Part shown: piece by piece, positions 22,513 to 31,958 of the stretch
How the letters are laid out: every line of letters begins with the position of its first letter
Numbering within the stretch: the stretch's first letter is position 1
Assembly: GCA_964414985.1 (NCBI GenBank)
Contig: CAYPXA010000008.1
Coordinates: 11,966 to 43,965 of the forward strand
Length of the DNA stretch: 32,000 nucleotides
Source of the DNA: an uncultured Methanosarcinales archaeon
Lineage (GTDB): Archaea > Nanobdellota > Nanobdellia > Woesearchaeales > JAGWAF01
Direction: 5' to 3'
Notes under the pieces: model-generated
Seen by the model: the letters and a program-made list of their open reading frames with translations, nothing else
Told to the model about the DNA's origin: nothing
Database searches by the model: none
Made by a program: the position numbers and the translations under genes

Positions 22513-22804
22513 CTTTTTCAAAATCTTTTATTTTTGCATTTTTTGAGCCTGCATTTTCAAATTTTATTCCTTCTTTTTTCAGCATTCTTATCTTCTCTTT
22601 TTCGCCTCTTGCAAAACCGCCTGCTTCTCCGCACGATTTTACAACCCTGTGGCATGGCACGCTTTTGTAGGGATTCTTGTTGAGTGCATTGCCTACAGCC
22701 CTGCAGGCTTTTGTGCCCATTGCTTCTGCAATCATCCTGTAGGTTGTTACTTTTCCTTTTGGCACTTTTTTTGCAAGAATGTAAACTTGTTCGCAGAAAT
22801 TCAT
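22493..22804 (-). CDS. ogt: single-domain methylated-DNA--protein-cysteine methyltransferase (MGMT C-terminal domain only)
   Basis: Active-site motif VPCHRVV is preceded by the HTH region (TTYRMIAEAMGTKACRAVGNALNKNP). At 103 aa it lacks the usual N-terminal domain. The ATGA overlap with the upstream gene stop indicates an operon. Confidence 0.85.
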   Translation of the reverse strand: MNFCEQVYILAKKVPKGKVTTYRMIAEAMGTKACRAVGNALNKNPYKSVPCHRVVKSCGEAGGFARGEKEKIRMLKKEGIKFENAGSKNAKIKDFEKATFSFS

Positions 22805-24003
22805 TTTAGATTTCCTGAAATTGCGCTTATTATTTCCTTAACACCTATTTTTCCCTGCCTGTAATCCCTGCCAAGGGCTATTGCGCGCTCGCAGCTTATT
22901 GAGATTCCCTTCTTTTTCAGGACATGAGTCATTTTGCCTGATGCAATGTACTGGAGAAACTGCGTGACATTCTTTGGCTTTTCTGACCTATGGGCCCTCT
23001 CAAAATCGATAAGGACAGGCTTCTGATTTCTGCCATCCATTATTATGTGCTTGAAAGGCCTGTGCATTTCTTCCTTGTCAATGCCAAGCTCATCCATTTT
23101 CCTGCACTGGATGAATACATCAGCCAGCGCATTGACAACTTCTTTTTTTGGAGACTTTTCCGCGAATTCAGGAAGCATTATTCCGTCAACAAACCTGTAT
23201 GCCAGAAAGTCCTTTCCTGAAAATTCAAGGGATGGGCCTACACCTAATCTGTTAAGCTCCTTAATCCACTTTGCCTCGTTTGCGATATGGCCTTCAGCCC
23301 TGCTCTTTGCAAGCTTTGCCTTTGCAGCAATCTTTATTCCTTTCCATGTTCCTGTAAAGATTATGCCCCTGTGGCCGTGCGAGAAATACTTCAGTCCTTT
23401 GACACCCATCTTTTTCAGCTTTTCAGCAGCAGGGTTTTTGCTTATCCTGTAAACTATAAGGTCTTCAAAGAAAATGTGCTTTTTTGAGACTGCCTCAAAG
23501 TCCAGCATCATCCTGTAAAGCGCATCCTCAACCTTTTTTGGGCTTGTCAGTGAGCTGATTAAAAGCAGGATAATGCCTTTTTCTGAAAGGAAGGCAGGCG
23601 CTTTCTTCAGGAACTTTTCAAAAATCTCATATCCTTTTTTTCCGCCGTAAAGCGCAGCGTCTTTAATGCCCTCGTCTTGAGGAAGGTAAGGAGCATTGAA
23701 TATTATTGTGTCAAACTCCTGCTTTGCTATTTTTGAGAAAAGATTGCTCTGGACGCATGTTATTTTTCTGCCGAGATTTGCGCTTTTGGCCTGCTTTCTG
23801 CAGAATTCAACAGCATCCTTCTGGATGTCTGCTGCAACAGCTGATTTCACATTTTTCTTTTTTGCAGCTGCAATTGCCTGTATTCCAGAGCCTGAGCCCA
23901 TGTCAAGCACTTTTCCTTTTGCAAGCATTTTTACCTGCTCTTCAAGAAGAAAAGAGTCCTCTTCAGGTTCATAAACTGCCATATCAGAAAATTCTGCCTT
24001 CAA
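22801..24003 (-). CDS. fusion protein: HemK/Mtq2-like SAM methyltransferase + atypical small kinase-like domain
   Basis: N-terminal half: VYEPEEDSFLLEEQV, motif I VLDMGSGSGIQAIAAA, and motif IV FDTIIFNAPYLP (NAPY in place of NPPY). C-terminal half: GHRGIIFTGTWKGIKIAAKAK, a glycine-loop/Lys-like region. It also has EEMHRPFKHIIMDG...VLIDFERAH...KNVTQF, which resembles the small archaeal predicted Ser/Thr kinase family (COG2112-like). Confidence 0.7.
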   Translation of the reverse strand: MKAEFSDMAVYEPEEDSFLLEEQVKMLAKGKVLDMGSGSGIQAIAAAKKKNVKSAVAADIQKDAVEFCRKQAKSANLGRKITCVQSNLFSKIAKQEFDTIIFNAPYLPQDEGIKDAALYGGKKGYEIFEKFLKKAPAFLSEKGIILLLISSLTSPKKVEDALYRMMLDFEAVSKKHIFFEDLIVYRISKNPAAEKLKKMGVKGLKYFSHGHRGIIFTGTWKGIKIAAKAKLAKSRAEGHIANEAKWIKELNRLGVGPSLEFSGKDFLAYRFVDGIMLPEFAEKSPKKEVVNALADVFIQCRKMDELGIDKEEMHRPFKHIIMDGRNQKPVLIDFERAHRSEKPKNVTQFLQYIASGKMTHVLKKKGISISCERAIALGRDYRQGKIGVKEIISAISGNLK

Positions 24004-24322
24004 GATTTTTAAGGCTTCCTGTTTTTGGGAAATCCTTTGACTTCTGGAGGAGGCTTATTGTTTCAGGATTATCTCCAAGCTGGTCTACCTCCTCGCCGGT
24101 AAGATGGTAAATAAGAGGCTGCTCGCCCTGGTAGGCAAAAATATAGCAGAATTCGCCCTGGCAGTCCTGAACAACAGGCACAACAGCATTCAATCGTTCA
24201 GAGAGCAGTTCCATCTGCACTTCAAGCTCAAGCAAAGAGTCAGAAATTCCAAAATAATTAGGGCCAAGCCTTTCAATTATGTCAGAAGTCCTTGGACCGC
24301 CAATCCTCCCAATGTAGCTCAT
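23984..24322 (-). CDS. hypothetical protein (112 aa)
   Basis: The ORF fills the gap between two same-strand genes. TATA-like GTTATTTAAGC lies about 26-35 nt upstream of the ATG. Its 3' end overlaps the next gene's start by 20 nt. No family was recognised. Confidence 0.45.
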   Translation of the reverse strand: MSYIGRIGGPRTSDIIERLGPNYFGISDSLLELEVQMELLSERLNAVVPVVQDCQGEFCYIFAYQGEQPLIYHLTGEEVDQLGDNPETISLLQKSKDFPKTGSLKNLEGRIF

Positions 24323-24380
24323 TGCAGAACATGTAAGTATTGTGATGCTTAAATAACTTTCTTAAGTTTGCCGGGCATTC

Positions 24381-24866
24381 CTAACTTTGCTTTGCATGTC
24401 CGCCTTCGTGCCTTATTCCCTGCTGGACAGCGTCGAAATACTCCTTTACCCTTGCCACAATTGTCTTAAGGTAGAACTCCTGGATTTTCTCCTCGAATAT
24501 GTCTGCCAGAGATGCATTCTCTGCAATCCTGTAGCTGTTTGCAACCTTTTCTGCAAGAAATATGTCCCTAAGCCTTTTCAGCTGCCTTCTTATGTTTGAA
24601 GGAGCAATGCCTGCCATTGGCAGCTTTGCCTTTTTCCTTGCATCAATAACCTTCTTCTCAACCTCTTCAGAAGTCAGCTCTTTGCCTGACAAAAGCAGTG
24701 CGTTAAGCACGTCTACAACAACATCCCTGCTGTCTCCTGGCTGAAGAAGCCCTATGCTTAGGCATAGCTTCTTGACAAGCTCCCTGCCGCCCAGCTCGTA
24801 GGGCTTTTCGTATTTCCTTAGAGTTATTTCAGCGAGCGGAATCTCCTTTGCTACTGTCTTTGCCAT
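24381..24866 (-). CDS. putative winged-helix DNA-binding protein (conserved archaeal type; function uncertain)
   Basis: MAKTVAKEIPLAEITLRKYEKP...LCLSIGLLQPGDSRDVVVDVLNALL...SNIRRQLKRLRDIFLAEK. Helical HTH-like segments are present. The functional call is by general resemblance only. Confidence 0.5.
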   Translation of the reverse strand: MAKTVAKEIPLAEITLRKYEKPYELGGRELVKKLCLSIGLLQPGDSRDVVVDVLNALLLSGKELTSEEVEKKVIDARKKAKLPMAGIAPSNIRRQLKRLRDIFLAEKVANSYRIAENASLADIFEEKIQEFYLKTIVARVKEYFDAVQQGIRHEGGHAKQS

Positions 24867-24890
24867 AAAATCCGATTGAAAAATTCAGCA

Positions 24891-24918
24891 GGCTTCAGGG
24901 CTTTGGGCCCTGAAAGCC
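24891..24918. promoter_or_regulatory. 11-bp-stem palindrome/hairpin upstream of the wHTH gene
   Basis: GGCTTCAGGGC-tttgg-GCCCTGAA(A)GCC lies 25-52 nt upstream of ATG 24866. It is downstream of a palindromic TTTATAAA box (24971-24978). Confidence 0.4.
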
Positions 24919-25068
24919 GGAACTGAAAAACCATCCCCCTTGGTCTTTGATTAAAACTTATTGTCAAAAACCACTTTATAAACTTTTTGATAATAGGTGC
25001 GGAGATTAGTATACCAGTATTTTATTTGCATGATTTTACCAGAGAAAAAAGCAGGAAATCTAAAAAAA

Positions 25069-25992
25069 TCAAAGCTTGGCAAGCTTTACCATGCAAAGCT
25101 CAGGGCTGTATTTTTCCATGTCAATAGGCTCATTATCGCCGTAAGTAAACCTTAGCGGCTTGCATTCCACTTCTTCCCTGCATGAAGCATATGCACTCCC
25201 TTTTTTTTCAAACCCAGGAACCTTGCTTAATGGATGGCCGAACATGCTTATATTGCTGTCGATAAAACTGTCTTTGTCTTCAACCTCTGAAGGTATTTTT
25301 ACCCTTATCCCGAGGATAAGCTCTCCGCCTTTTCTTAAAATCTGGCTGCCTGCGCTTATTACAGCATGGCCGCATCTGTAAGCAAACTCAAATTGATCAT
25401 AGCCTGCTGCAAATTCATAGAGATTATGCTGAAATCCGCCAGGATGAATGTATGTTATCTTGTCAGCCTTCCTTCCAGCGAGCGCCTGCTTAAGCACTTC
25501 AAGGCTTTCTATGTTGTCAACAATCAGGTTTGCTGAATTATCCTGCATTTTGAAGTTTTTGTGAGCCTTAGGTAATTTTTTCCATCCTGTATCTCCCTGC
25601 ATAAGCTCATAATTAAGGCAGGCATTGACATCTATGATTTTTGACAGCTTCTCTGCAGCAGCCTTAAGAACTTCATCATTCATGTCAACTCCAATTACTG
25701 TAAGATGTGCAGACTTGACAGCCTCTTCAATAAGGTTTCCGCAGCCTGATCCAAGGTCAACCCATAAATCTCCTTCTTTGAAGCTGCAGAATTCTGAAAG
25801 CTTTTTGTAGGTGCCTTCTTTTTCAATTATTGCAGACTGGTGAGCCCATTGCTGTGCATAGCTCTTCAGATTGTTTTCTATGTCTGAAAAAAGGTTTGCA
25901 GCCCCCCCTGCATTCTCAACAATAAAAGCCAGAAGCTTATTTTCCAGCGATGGCACAGGAACTATTCCCTGAATTATTTTTTTCTTTGGCAT
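25069..25992 (-). CDS. class I SAM-dependent methyltransferase (substrate unknown)
   Basis: Motif I LWVDLGSGCGNLIEEAV, with the post-I acidic residue in VIGVDMNDEVL. CTTTATAAG box about 27-34 nt upstream of the ATG. Confidence 0.55.
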   Translation of the reverse strand: MPKKKIIQGIVPVPSLENKLLAFIVENAGGAANLFSDIENNLKSYAQQWAHQSAIIEKEGTYKKLSEFCSFKEGDLWVDLGSGCGNLIEEAVKSAHLTVIGVDMNDEVLKAAAEKLSKIIDVNACLNYELMQGDTGWKKLPKAHKNFKMQDNSANLIVDNIESLEVLKQALAGRKADKITYIHPGGFQHNLYEFAAGYDQFEFAYRCGHAVISAGSQILRKGGELILGIRVKIPSEVEDKDSFIDSNISMFGHPLSKVPGFEKKGSAYASCREEVECKPLRFTYGDNEPIDMEKYSPELCMVKLAKL

Positions 25993-26049
25993 GCAAAAAA
26001 GAAATTAGAGGATTCTTATAAAGCTTGCAGGTTGTACAAGAGCATAAGC

Positions 26050-29000
26050 CTATTGCATCTTGTCAAAGAATATCTCAAACTCTGCGCCCTTTATCTTCTC
26101 CTTCGACTGGGTTGAGTGCTTCTTTGCAGGATTCTGGGATGAGATTTTTATCTTCTCTGCGCCGCACTTCTCTGCAATCGGGGCTTCCCACTTCTTGAGC
26201 ATTTCAGCCATTTCCTCTGATGCCTTTACGAAAAGCGCAATCCTGTCAGGCTTCTGAAGGCCTGCATCCTTTCTTAAAGACTGGACTCTCCTCATGACTT
26301 CCCTTGCATAGCCCTCTGCCTCAAGCTCGTCATTCCTTTCAGGGTTTATGTATGCAAGCCCTCCCTTGAATTCAGCCTCAAGATAAGGCTGGGGCACTTC
26401 CCTTGTGATTATTAAATTGCTTCTTGAAAGCTCTGCATTCTTTCCGTCAATCTTGACTTCAAACTTGCCCTTTTCCTCGATTGCCTTGAGCACCTTCTCT
26501 CCGCTTTCTGTTGCAAGCTTTGCAATTATCTTTGGAGTGTCCTTGCCGAATGCAGGGCCGAGAGTCTTGAAATCCGCCTTGACATTTGCCTTTACTCCCT
26601 TCAGCGCTTCCTGAACTTTGAGGTCTTTGACATTTGTCTGGCTCATTATCAGCTCTTTCATTGCTTCTGCAGCCTTTCTCACAGATTCATTCTTTGATAC
26701 AATGACTGCCTCCTTGAGAGGCCACCTTACTCCAAGCTGGGCTTTTTCCCTTGCTGCAAGCACTGCCTGAACAACACTGCCCATTACTTCAACATTCTCC
26801 TCAACCTGCCTGTCAATCATATTTTTGTCAGCCTTTGGCCAGTCCATCAGGTGTATGCTCTCTTCCTTGAGCCCGAACTCCTTCTTCAAGGTTAAGTACA
26901 TCTTGTCTGAAATAAAAGGCGCAACAACTGCAAGCATCTTCAGTGCAGCAATCATTGCTGAATAGCAGGTGTAAAGGACTGCCTCCTTCTCCTGCTGTGT
27001 TCCAACAGCTGCCTTCTCCCTGATAAGCTGGATGTAAGTCCTTGAAAGGCCGAGCAGAAGCGCCTCTATCTTCAATGGCACTTCATTGAGCCTAAGCTCG
27101 TCAAACATAACAGTAACTTCCTCGATTGCAGAGTTGAGCCTTGAAAGCATGTATTTCTCCTCTATAGAGAAGCCCTTCATGGCATCCTCAAGCTTTATGC
27201 TGGCTGGGTTTTTTCCAACATTGCCTGCCATCTCAATCAGGAAATTGTTCAGGTTCCAATAGACAAACATATTCTTGTGCTTGAGCTTGACATCGTCAAA
27301 GTTGTAGTTCAAGTCAACTGCAGGGTTTGCGCCTCCAATTGAATAATACCTGAATGTGTCTGCTCCGTATTCATTTATGACCTCTTCAGGCAGTATGTAG
27401 TTGCCCAATGATTTTGACATCTTCCTGCCCTGGCTGTCCTGAACGAATCCGTGCATATAGACTGACTTGAATGAAGGCTTGTCAAAAGCAAGCATTGATG
27501 CAACCATCAGAAGATTGAACCATCCCCTTATCTGGTCTTTTCCTTCAAGTATGAACTCTGCAGGGAAAAGCTCCTTGAAAAGCGCTTTTTCCTGAGGATA
27601 GTTAAGGCAGTTCCATGATGTTGTGCCTGCATCAACCCATACGTCAATTATGTCAGGGATTCTCTCCTTTGTTTTTCCGCACTGGCATGGATAAGTTATC
27701 CTGTCAATCCAGGGCTTGTGAAGGTCTTCAGGCCTTTTTCCTGAAAGCTTGAAAAGCTCGTCCTCGCTTCCGATTACATCATACTTTCCGCATGAGCTGC
27801 ATTTCCATACAGGAAGAGGAGTTCCCCAGAATCTCTGCTTTGTTATTGAGTTGTCCCTAAGGTTTTTCAGCCAGGAGTCAAAAGCATTGAATGCTGATTC
27901 AGGCATCCAATTTATCTTTTTGTTCTCTTCTACCATCCTGTCCCTTAGGTCCTCTATCTTGAAGAACCACTGCTTTGTCGTCCTGAACACAACAGGCTGA
28001 TGGCACCTCTGGCAGTGCGCGTACTCGTGCTCAACCTTTGTGGTTTCAATCAGCGAGCCGTTCTTCCTGAAATAATCAATAAACTTTAGGTCATCCTTCT
28101 TTGCAGCAAGCCCTGCAAAAGGCCCCATGTTTTCTGGAAAGACTCCGCTTTCATTGAGAGTGTTGAATGGCGGAATGCCGTTCCTGTGGCCTACTTCATA
28201 ATCCTCTGGGCCGCATCCAGGCGCTGTGTGGACAAGGCCTGAGCCTCCGCTAAGGTCAACATATTCTGTTGAAAGAAGGACTGTAAATGCCTTTGGAGAC
28301 TTCAGCTCAATCTCCTTGTAGAGATGCTTCAGCTCATTGTAAAGAGGATGCTCATACCTAAGGCCTTCCATTTTGTCGCCTGTGAACTCCTCAATGACTT
28401 CCATCCTCTTGTTTGCAACTGCCTGCACAACAACTGCTGCAAGCCCTTTTGCAAGATACCATATCTCATTTTCGACTTTTGCCTTGACGTATTCAATCTC
28501 CGGGTTGACCATCACAGCAAGGTTGAATGGTATTGTCCAGGGTGTTGTTGTCCATATTATCAGGTATTCGTTCTCTTTTCCCTTTACCTTGAACTTCATG
28601 AATATTGAGTCTTCCTCAACAGTCTGGTATTCCAGCTCGTGCTTTGCAGCTGCTGTCTCGCACTTTGCGCACCAGGTCATTGTCCTAAGGCCTTCATACA
28701 GCCTGCCTTTCTCATGTGCTGTCTTGATGAGCCACCATTCAGACTCAATAAAATTCTTTGATATTGACTGGTAGGCGTTTTCAAAGTCCATCCAGACTCC
28801 GAGCCTCTTAAAATCCTCATTCATTACAAGCATGTTGTCAACGCAGAGCTTCTTGCATGCAGAAACAAAGTTTTCAACTCCAAGCTTGAGGATTTCTTCC
28901 TTGCTTTTTATGCCCAGCTTTTTTTCTGTGGCATGCTCTGTTGGAAGGCCGTGCATGTCATAGCCTGCCCTGTCCCAGACATCAAAGCCGGACATCCTTT

Positions 29001-29202
29001 TGTATCTCAAAAACATGTCCTTAAGGGATTTGTTCCAGGCTGTGCCAAGATGGACTTTTCCAGAAGTGTAAGGCGGGCCGTCAAGGAAATAGTATTTTTT
29101 CCTGCCCGTGTTCTTTTCCTTTGCCTTCTTGTAAATATTGTGATTGTTCCAAAATTCCAGCACTTCAGGCTCTATTGCCTTGAAATCGTATTTTTCAGCC
29201 AT
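26050..29202 (-). CDS. ileS: isoleucyl-tRNA synthetase (archaeal/eukaryal type)
   Basis: HIGH region PPYTSGKVHLGTAWNK and KMSKS loop GRKMSKSLGN. CP1 editing insertion present (WTTTPWT). Zn-binding Cys clusters present. 1050 aa. AAGGTGA lies 4-5 nt upstream of the ATG. Confidence 0.95.
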   Translation of the reverse strand: MAEKYDFKAIEPEVLEFWNNHNIYKKAKEKNTGRKKYYFLDGPPYTSGKVHLGTAWNKSLKDMFLRYKRMSGFDVWDRAGYDMHGLPTEHATEKKLGIKSKEEILKLGVENFVSACKKLCVDNMLVMNEDFKRLGVWMDFENAYQSISKNFIESEWWLIKTAHEKGRLYEGLRTMTWCAKCETAAAKHELEYQTVEEDSIFMKFKVKGKENEYLIIWTTTPWTIPFNLAVMVNPEIEYVKAKVENEIWYLAKGLAAVVVQAVANKRMEVIEEFTGDKMEGLRYEHPLYNELKHLYKEIELKSPKAFTVLLSTEYVDLSGGSGLVHTAPGCGPEDYEVGHRNGIPPFNTLNESGVFPENMGPFAGLAAKKDDLKFIDYFRKNGSLIETTKVEHEYAHCQRCHQPVVFRTTKQWFFKIEDLRDRMVEENKKINWMPESAFNAFDSWLKNLRDNSITKQRFWGTPLPVWKCSSCGKYDVIGSEDELFKLSGKRPEDLHKPWIDRITYPCQCGKTKERIPDIIDVWVDAGTTSWNCLNYPQEKALFKELFPAEFILEGKDQIRGWFNLLMVASMLAFDKPSFKSVYMHGFVQDSQGRKMSKSLGNYILPEEVINEYGADTFRYYSIGGANPAVDLNYNFDDVKLKHKNMFVYWNLNNFLIEMAGNVGKNPASIKLEDAMKGFSIEEKYMLSRLNSAIEEVTVMFDELRLNEVPLKIEALLLGLSRTYIQLIREKAAVGTQQEKEAVLYTCYSAMIAALKMLAVVAPFISDKMYLTLKKEFGLKEESIHLMDWPKADKNMIDRQVEENVEVMGSVVQAVLAAREKAQLGVRWPLKEAVIVSKNESVRKAAEAMKELIMSQTNVKDLKVQEALKGVKANVKADFKTLGPAFGKDTPKIIAKLATESGEKVLKAIEEKGKFEVKIDGKNAELSRSNLIITREVPQPYLEAEFKGGLAYINPERNDELEAEGYAREVMRRVQSLRKDAGLQKPDRIALFVKASEEMAEMLKKWEAPIAEKCGAEKIKISSQNPAKKHSTQSKEKIKGAEFEIFFDKMQ

Positions 29203-29235
29203 TTAGTCACCTTATAAGTTTGGGTTATTGCTGTT

Positions 29236-29251
29236 TTTAAAAAGATTTCTA
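29236..29251 (-). promoter_or_regulatory. BRE/TATA promoter of ileS (minus-strand TAGAAATCTTTTTAAA)
   Basis: The 16-mer is identical to the tRNA-Val promoter. The TATA edge lies 34 nt upstream of the ileS ATG. Confidence 0.55.
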
Positions 29252-29294
29252 TCTTTAATATATGAAATGGAGATTTTGCATTAGCAGTCAAAAA

Positions 29295-29421
29295 CAGCAA
29301 CTGAAGCACAATCATCTGAATTAACTGCATTGCCGCCAAGCGCAGTACTCGTTCTGGACATTGTTCAAAAGGTGACTCCTGCAACGAAGCTGTCCAATTG
29401 TCTGCACGGAGCGCGGCAATG
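29295..29421 (-). repeat. intergenic repeat element, copy B (94-nt core 29328-29421, extension to 29295), inverted relative to copy A
   Basis: The reverse complement of 29328-29421 is 80/94 identical to 16344-16437. It has the same terminal inverted repeats. The extension shares the TTAAT and CAGCAACT blocks. Confidence 0.8.
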
Positions 29422-29493
29422 CTTTTGATTGAACTTCGCTTGTCTGCAATGCTGCAAATGCACTACCTTTTTGCGCCATTTCTGTGGGATAGA

Positions 29494-29501
29494 TTTATAT
29501 A
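29494..29501 (+). promoter_or_regulatory. TATA box of polB (TTTATATA), probably a leaderless transcript
   Basis: The box ends 22 nt upstream of ATG 29523, and no SD-like sequence lies in between. Confidence 0.5.
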
Positions 29502-29522
29502 GCACAGCGTGATATAAACCGC

Positions 29523-31958
29523 ATGGTAAAGGTAAGGTTTTACCTGCTGGACATAACCTACAGGGAAGGCGGAGGAAAGCCTGTAATCTGGATGTTCGGC
29601 AGGACATCTGACGGAAAGCAGATTTGCGTTACTGACGACACTTTCAGGCCGTACTTCTATGTTCTTCCTAAAAAGGACATTAAGGAAAAGCTGATGAAGG
29701 TTTATGCAGAGAAGAAGGGCGCAAAGTATGTTGTTACAGGAATAGAGGAAGTAAAGAAAAAGATTCTTGGAAAAGAGGAAAGCATTCTCAAGGTTTATGT
29801 AAGCTTTCCAAAAGGAGTCCCTCTTATAAGGGATGCTGTAAAAGACTGGGCAGATGTCAAGGCGTGCTATGAGTATGACATCAAGTATTCCAGGCGATAC
29901 ATGATTGACAGGGGATTAACTCCGTTCATGCTTGTCGAGGCTGAAGGCGAGCAGTCTTCTGAAAAGGCAAAGGTAGCTGTGATAAAGGCTGAAACAGTCA
30001 GGCAGCACAGCGATGAAACCCTCAAGGACCCTAAAGTGCTTTCTCTAGACATTGAGACTTACAATCCAAAAGGAAAGGAAGTCAATCCTGAAGAAGACCC
30101 AATAATCATGATTGGCCTCTACTCAAAGGGATTCAAAAAAGTCATAACCTGGAAAAAGTTTGAAACATCTGAAGATTACATTGAATTTGTCAAGAGCGAG
30201 GCTGACATGCTTGAAAAGTTCAGGGAGCATGTCGAGAATTTTGCGCCTGACATAATAACAGGATATTATACAGACGGATTTGATTTGCCTTACATAAAGC
30301 AGAGGGCGAGGAAGTACAGGATTGGCATGGACCTCGGGCTTGACTATTCAGAAATAAGCGTTTCAGGAAAAGTGCAGGTTCAGGCTTCGATAACAGGGAT
30401 TGTGCACCTTGACGTATTCAAGCTTGTGCTAAAGACATTCGGCAGGGGCGGAGAGCTTGAGGCGCTTGACTTAAGCACAGTCGCCCAGCACCTAATCGGA
30501 GAAAAGAAGCTTGATGTTGATGTGGGGTCTCTTGCAGAAGTCTGGGACCATCATCCGTCAAAGATTGAGGAGTTCTGCAGGTACAACCTGAATGACGCAA
30601 AGATAACCTATGACTTGTGCATGAAGCTTCTGCCAAATGTAATCGAGCTTGTCAAGATTGTTGGAATTCCTGCATTTGACATAACAAGACTGGGATATTC
30701 ACAGCTTGTCGAGTGGTTCATAATAAGGCAGGCGCATAATTTCAATGAGATTGCGCTTGAAAGGCCGCATTACCACGAAGTCAAGAGAAGGCAGATGCAG
30801 ACATTTTCAGGAGCTTTTGTGTATGAGCCAAAGCCTGGCATTTACAAGAACATTGCAATCTTTGACTTCAGGAGCCTTTATCCCACTATAATTGCATCCC
30901 ACAACATCTCGCCTGAAACACTGTGCTGCGAATGCTGCGTTGAGAAGGAGGTTGCGCCTACTGAAAAGGAGAAGTTCTGGTTCTGCACAAAAAAGAAAGG
31001 ATTCATTCCTACCATAATTGAGGACCTTATCACAAGGAGGATGAGGATTAAGGAGATGATGGCAAAGGAAAAGAAGGACCCAATGCTTGCAGCAAGGGAG
31101 CAGAGCCTGAAGCTTCTTGCAAACTCATTTTACGGCTATCTTGGATTTTTCAATGCAAGGTGGTATTCCCTTGAGAGCGCCAAAAGCGTCACTGCATGGG
31201 GCAGATACCACATAAAGCAGGTCATTGAAAGCGCTGAAAAAGAAGGGTTCAAGGTCATCTACGGAGATACTGATTCTGTCTTCCTTGCGCTCGGCAGCAA
31301 AAAGACTGACGATGCAAAGAAATTTGCAGAAAGGATAAACATGAACCTGCCTGGAGTGATGGAGCTTGAGTTTGACGGCTATTATCCTTCTGGAATATTT
31401 GTTGCAACAAAGGGGACAGAAGCAGGCGCAAAGAAGAAGTATGCGCTTATCGACGAGGAAGGCAGCATCGAGATAAAGGGATTTGAGACTGTAAGGAGAA
31501 ATTGGAGCATAATTGCAAAGGAAGTGCAGAGAGATGTGATTGGCATAGTCCTTAAGGAGAACGACCCTGCAAAGGCTGTTGCCTATGTCCGAAATGTCAT
31601 AGCTGAGCTTAGGGCGCACAAAGTGCCTTTGAAAAAGGTAATCATCAAAACACAGCTTCAGAAGGAAATAGGGGATTATGCTTCTGTCGGCCCGCATGTT
31701 GCAGCTGCAAAGCTAATGCATGAAAAAGGCATTCCTGTCGGGCCTGGCTCAATAATCGAGTTTGTTGTTGCAAAAGGCGAAGGCAGGATAAGGGAAAAGG
31801 TCAAGCTGCCTGGCGAGGCTTCAGAAGCAGACTATGACCCTGACTACTACATCAAAAACCAGATAATTCCTTCAGTTGAGAGGATTTTTGACGCAATGGG
31901 CTTTGATGCAGGCGAGCTTGAAAGCACAGCATCGCAGAAGAAGCTCGGAGATTTCTGA
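29523..31958 (+). CDS. polB: family B DNA polymerase
   Basis: Exo I LSLDIETYN, Exo II YNLNDAKITY, motif A DFRSLYPTIIASHNISPET, motif B KLLANSFYGYLG, motif C VIYGDTDSVF. 811 aa with no intein insertions. Confidence 0.95.
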   Translation: MVKVRFYLLDITYREGGGKPVIWMFGRTSDGKQICVTDDTFRPYFYVLPKKDIKEKLMKVYAEKKGAKYVVTGIEEVKKKILGKEESILKVYVSFPKGVPLIRDAVKDWADVKACYEYDIKYSRRYMIDRGLTPFMLVEAEGEQSSEKAKVAVIKAETVRQHSDETLKDPKVLSLDIETYNPKGKEVNPEEDPIIMIGLYSKGFKKVITWKKFETSEDYIEFVKSEADMLEKFREHVENFAPDIITGYYTDGFDLPYIKQRARKYRIGMDLGLDYSEISVSGKVQVQASITGIVHLDVFKLVLKTFGRGGELEALDLSTVAQHLIGEKKLDVDVGSLAEVWDHHPSKIEEFCRYNLNDAKITYDLCMKLLPNVIELVKIVGIPAFDITRLGYSQLVEWFIIRQAHNFNEIALERPHYHEVKRRQMQTFSGAFVYEPKPGIYKNIAIFDFRSLYPTIIASHNISPETLCCECCVEKEVAPTEKEKFWFCTKKKGFIPTIIEDLITRRMRIKEMMAKEKKDPMLAAREQSLKLLANSFYGYLGFFNARWYSLESAKSVTAWGRYHIKQVIESAEKEGFKVIYGDTDSVFLALGSKKTDDAKKFAERINMNLPGVMELEFDGYYPSGIFVATKGTEAGAKKKYALIDEEGSIEIKGFETVRRNWSIIAKEVQRDVIGIVLKENDPAKAVAYVRNVIAELRAHKVPLKKVIIKTQLQKEIGDYASVGPHVAAAKLMHEKGIPVGPGSIIEFVVAKGEGRIREKVKLPGEASEADYDPDYYIKNQIIPSVERIFDAMGFDAGELESTASQKKLGDF

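Noticed and set aside
31125-31697. 190-aa minus-strand ORF
   Set aside because: It is antisense to polB motifs B and C (KLLANSFYGY, YGDTDS). It is a shadow ORF.
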